Origin: a virus
Lineage: Duplodnaviria; Caudoviricetes
Direction: 5' to 3' (one strand)
IMG/VR virus record: IMGVR_UViG_3300027419_000038
Location: 1-56,589 of that record
DNA: 56,589 bases
Every line of letters begins with the position of its first letter. The first letter of the stretch is position 1. Shown here one piece after another: positions 55,612 through 56,589 of the stretch. Both the position numbers and the translations under genes were made by a program. The notes below the pieces were generated by a model. It worked only from the letters and a program-made list of their open reading frames with translations, was not told where the DNA came from and did no database searches.

Positions 55612-55935
55612 ATGAACGCAGGAGACTTAATAGGACGAATAATAGGAATCGGAATCCTATTACTCATAATTGGAGCAATAGGATACGGAATGATAATGAT
55701 GCAAGTAAACGGAGGATTCCAAGGACGAGGAATCATAAACGACAAATACACCAACACCAACGGAGAACACATAATAGAAATAGTAACACCAGGCGACACA
55801 GACACACGACACCTCAAAATATACAAAATAGAAGCACAAATCTACAACGGAGTACAAGTAGGACAACTATACGAATACGGAGGAGAACACAACACAATAA
55901 ACTGGTACGACATACCCTACGACGACGGATTCTAA
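55612..55935 (+). CDS. Membrane-anchored protein
   Basis: N-terminal TM helix; AGGAGG RBS. Confidence 0.7.
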   Translation: MNAGDLIGRIIGIGILLLIIGAIGYGMIMMQVNGGFQGRGIINDKYTNTNGEHIIEIVTPGDTDTRHLKIYKIEAQIYNGVQVGQLYEYGGEHNTINWYDIPYDDGF

Positions 55936-56012
55936 AAAAACAAAACCAAAAAACACCAAAACACAATTTTTTATATACAACAAGCCCAAATATACAAAAG
56001 AGGGCTATACTA

Positions 56013-56036
56013 CTTTTTCTTTTTTCTTAATTTTTC
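56013..56036 (+). terminator. Oligo-T terminator of right-arm operon
   Basis: T-tracts after the last plus-strand gene. Confidence 0.55.
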
Positions 56037-56462
56037 CTACCCCCCCCATGCCAGTTACACGATAAGCCCGTGGGGGGTGTGAAAATTGTTTTAGGGTTTA
56101 GTTTGACCCCTATTGTGGATAGGATTGCTGTATGTATCTGTGTTGCTCTTCTATCTCTTTATCTATCTCTTTATAACATATGTTATGTGCCTTATTCTAT
56201 GCTCTGTTTCGTCATATGATTGCTTAGCGAAACAGTGACAGGGGCAGACCACTGGTCCTACCTTCTAATGGTTACTAATAGTAACTAAGCACACATCACC
56301 ATAAAACTACCAACTGATATAGGGGTAACAGTGTAAAAGTAGACATAAAATACTATCACTAGTACCATATAGCATAGTACGATAAAGGAAACAATAACAA
56401 TAGGCACCTACTAGTGACAATACTATAAGCCACACGTCATTAAAATAACACCTAAAAATCTA

Positions 56463-56589
56463 AAAAAAAATAGAACCAAAAAAACAGAGCTAAAGAATGA
56501 ACAGTATAAGACGGATGTTGTCGGCTCAAAAAAGGAATGAAAGTATATTAAAAAAAGAGTTATGTATTGTTCTTTATTGTTTATATTGG
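56463..56589. repeat. Direct terminal repeat, right copy (circular assembly overlap)
   Basis: Identical to 1-127. Confidence 0.95.

Noticed and set aside
56200-56240. Hammerhead ribozyme (GACGAAAC/CGAAAC present)
   Set aside because: No CUGANGA core at the required position on either strand
1-56589. Provirus/temperate lifestyle
   Set aside because: No integrase, repressor or partition genes recognised and no host flanks; the tRNAs are complete and clustered rather than att fragments

Overview
The window is almost certainly a complete, circularly assembled genome (~56.46 kb unique; bases 1-127 repeat exactly at 56463-56589) of a tailed, siphovirus-like archaeal virus infecting pseudomurein-walled methanogens (Methanobacteriales). 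Host evidence: an endolysin with a pseudomurein-binding repeat and a PeiW/PeiP-like catalytic domain, tRNA introns with bulge-helix-bulge (BHB) splice sites, a TFB/TFIIB homologue, BRE-TATA promoters and GGAGG/GGTGA ribosome-binding sites. Layout: (i) a minus-strand left arm of small early/accessory genes (0.3-18 kb) including a GP88-like Cys-rich protein, a secreted transglutaminase-like protein, an ATP-dependent RNA ligase with an in-frame N-terminal membrane anchor, a truncated TFB, a DUF4406/NDT-like-guanylate kinase fusion and a YhaM-like HD hydrolase; (ii) a replication block (AEP primase-CHC2, AAA+ helicase, Rad52-like SSAP, SSB-like protein; no DNA polymerase or integrase recognised); (iii) five tRNA genes (Tyr, Asn, Phe, Cys, Thr), two with long structured introns (79 and 102 nt), with structured spacers; (iv) lysis, tail, head and packaging genes on the minus strand (25-53.5 kb), with a +1 frameshift in the tail chaperone and a nested scaffold start; (v) a plus-strand right arm of small genes with extreme A/C bias. 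The best candidate for an undescribed system is a virus-encoded RNA processing/repair module (tRNA array carrying structured intron/spacer RNAs + membrane-anchorable RNA ligase + phosphoesterase + HD hydrolase + ASCH protein). All assignments come from motif recognition by eye; no searches or folding programs were run.
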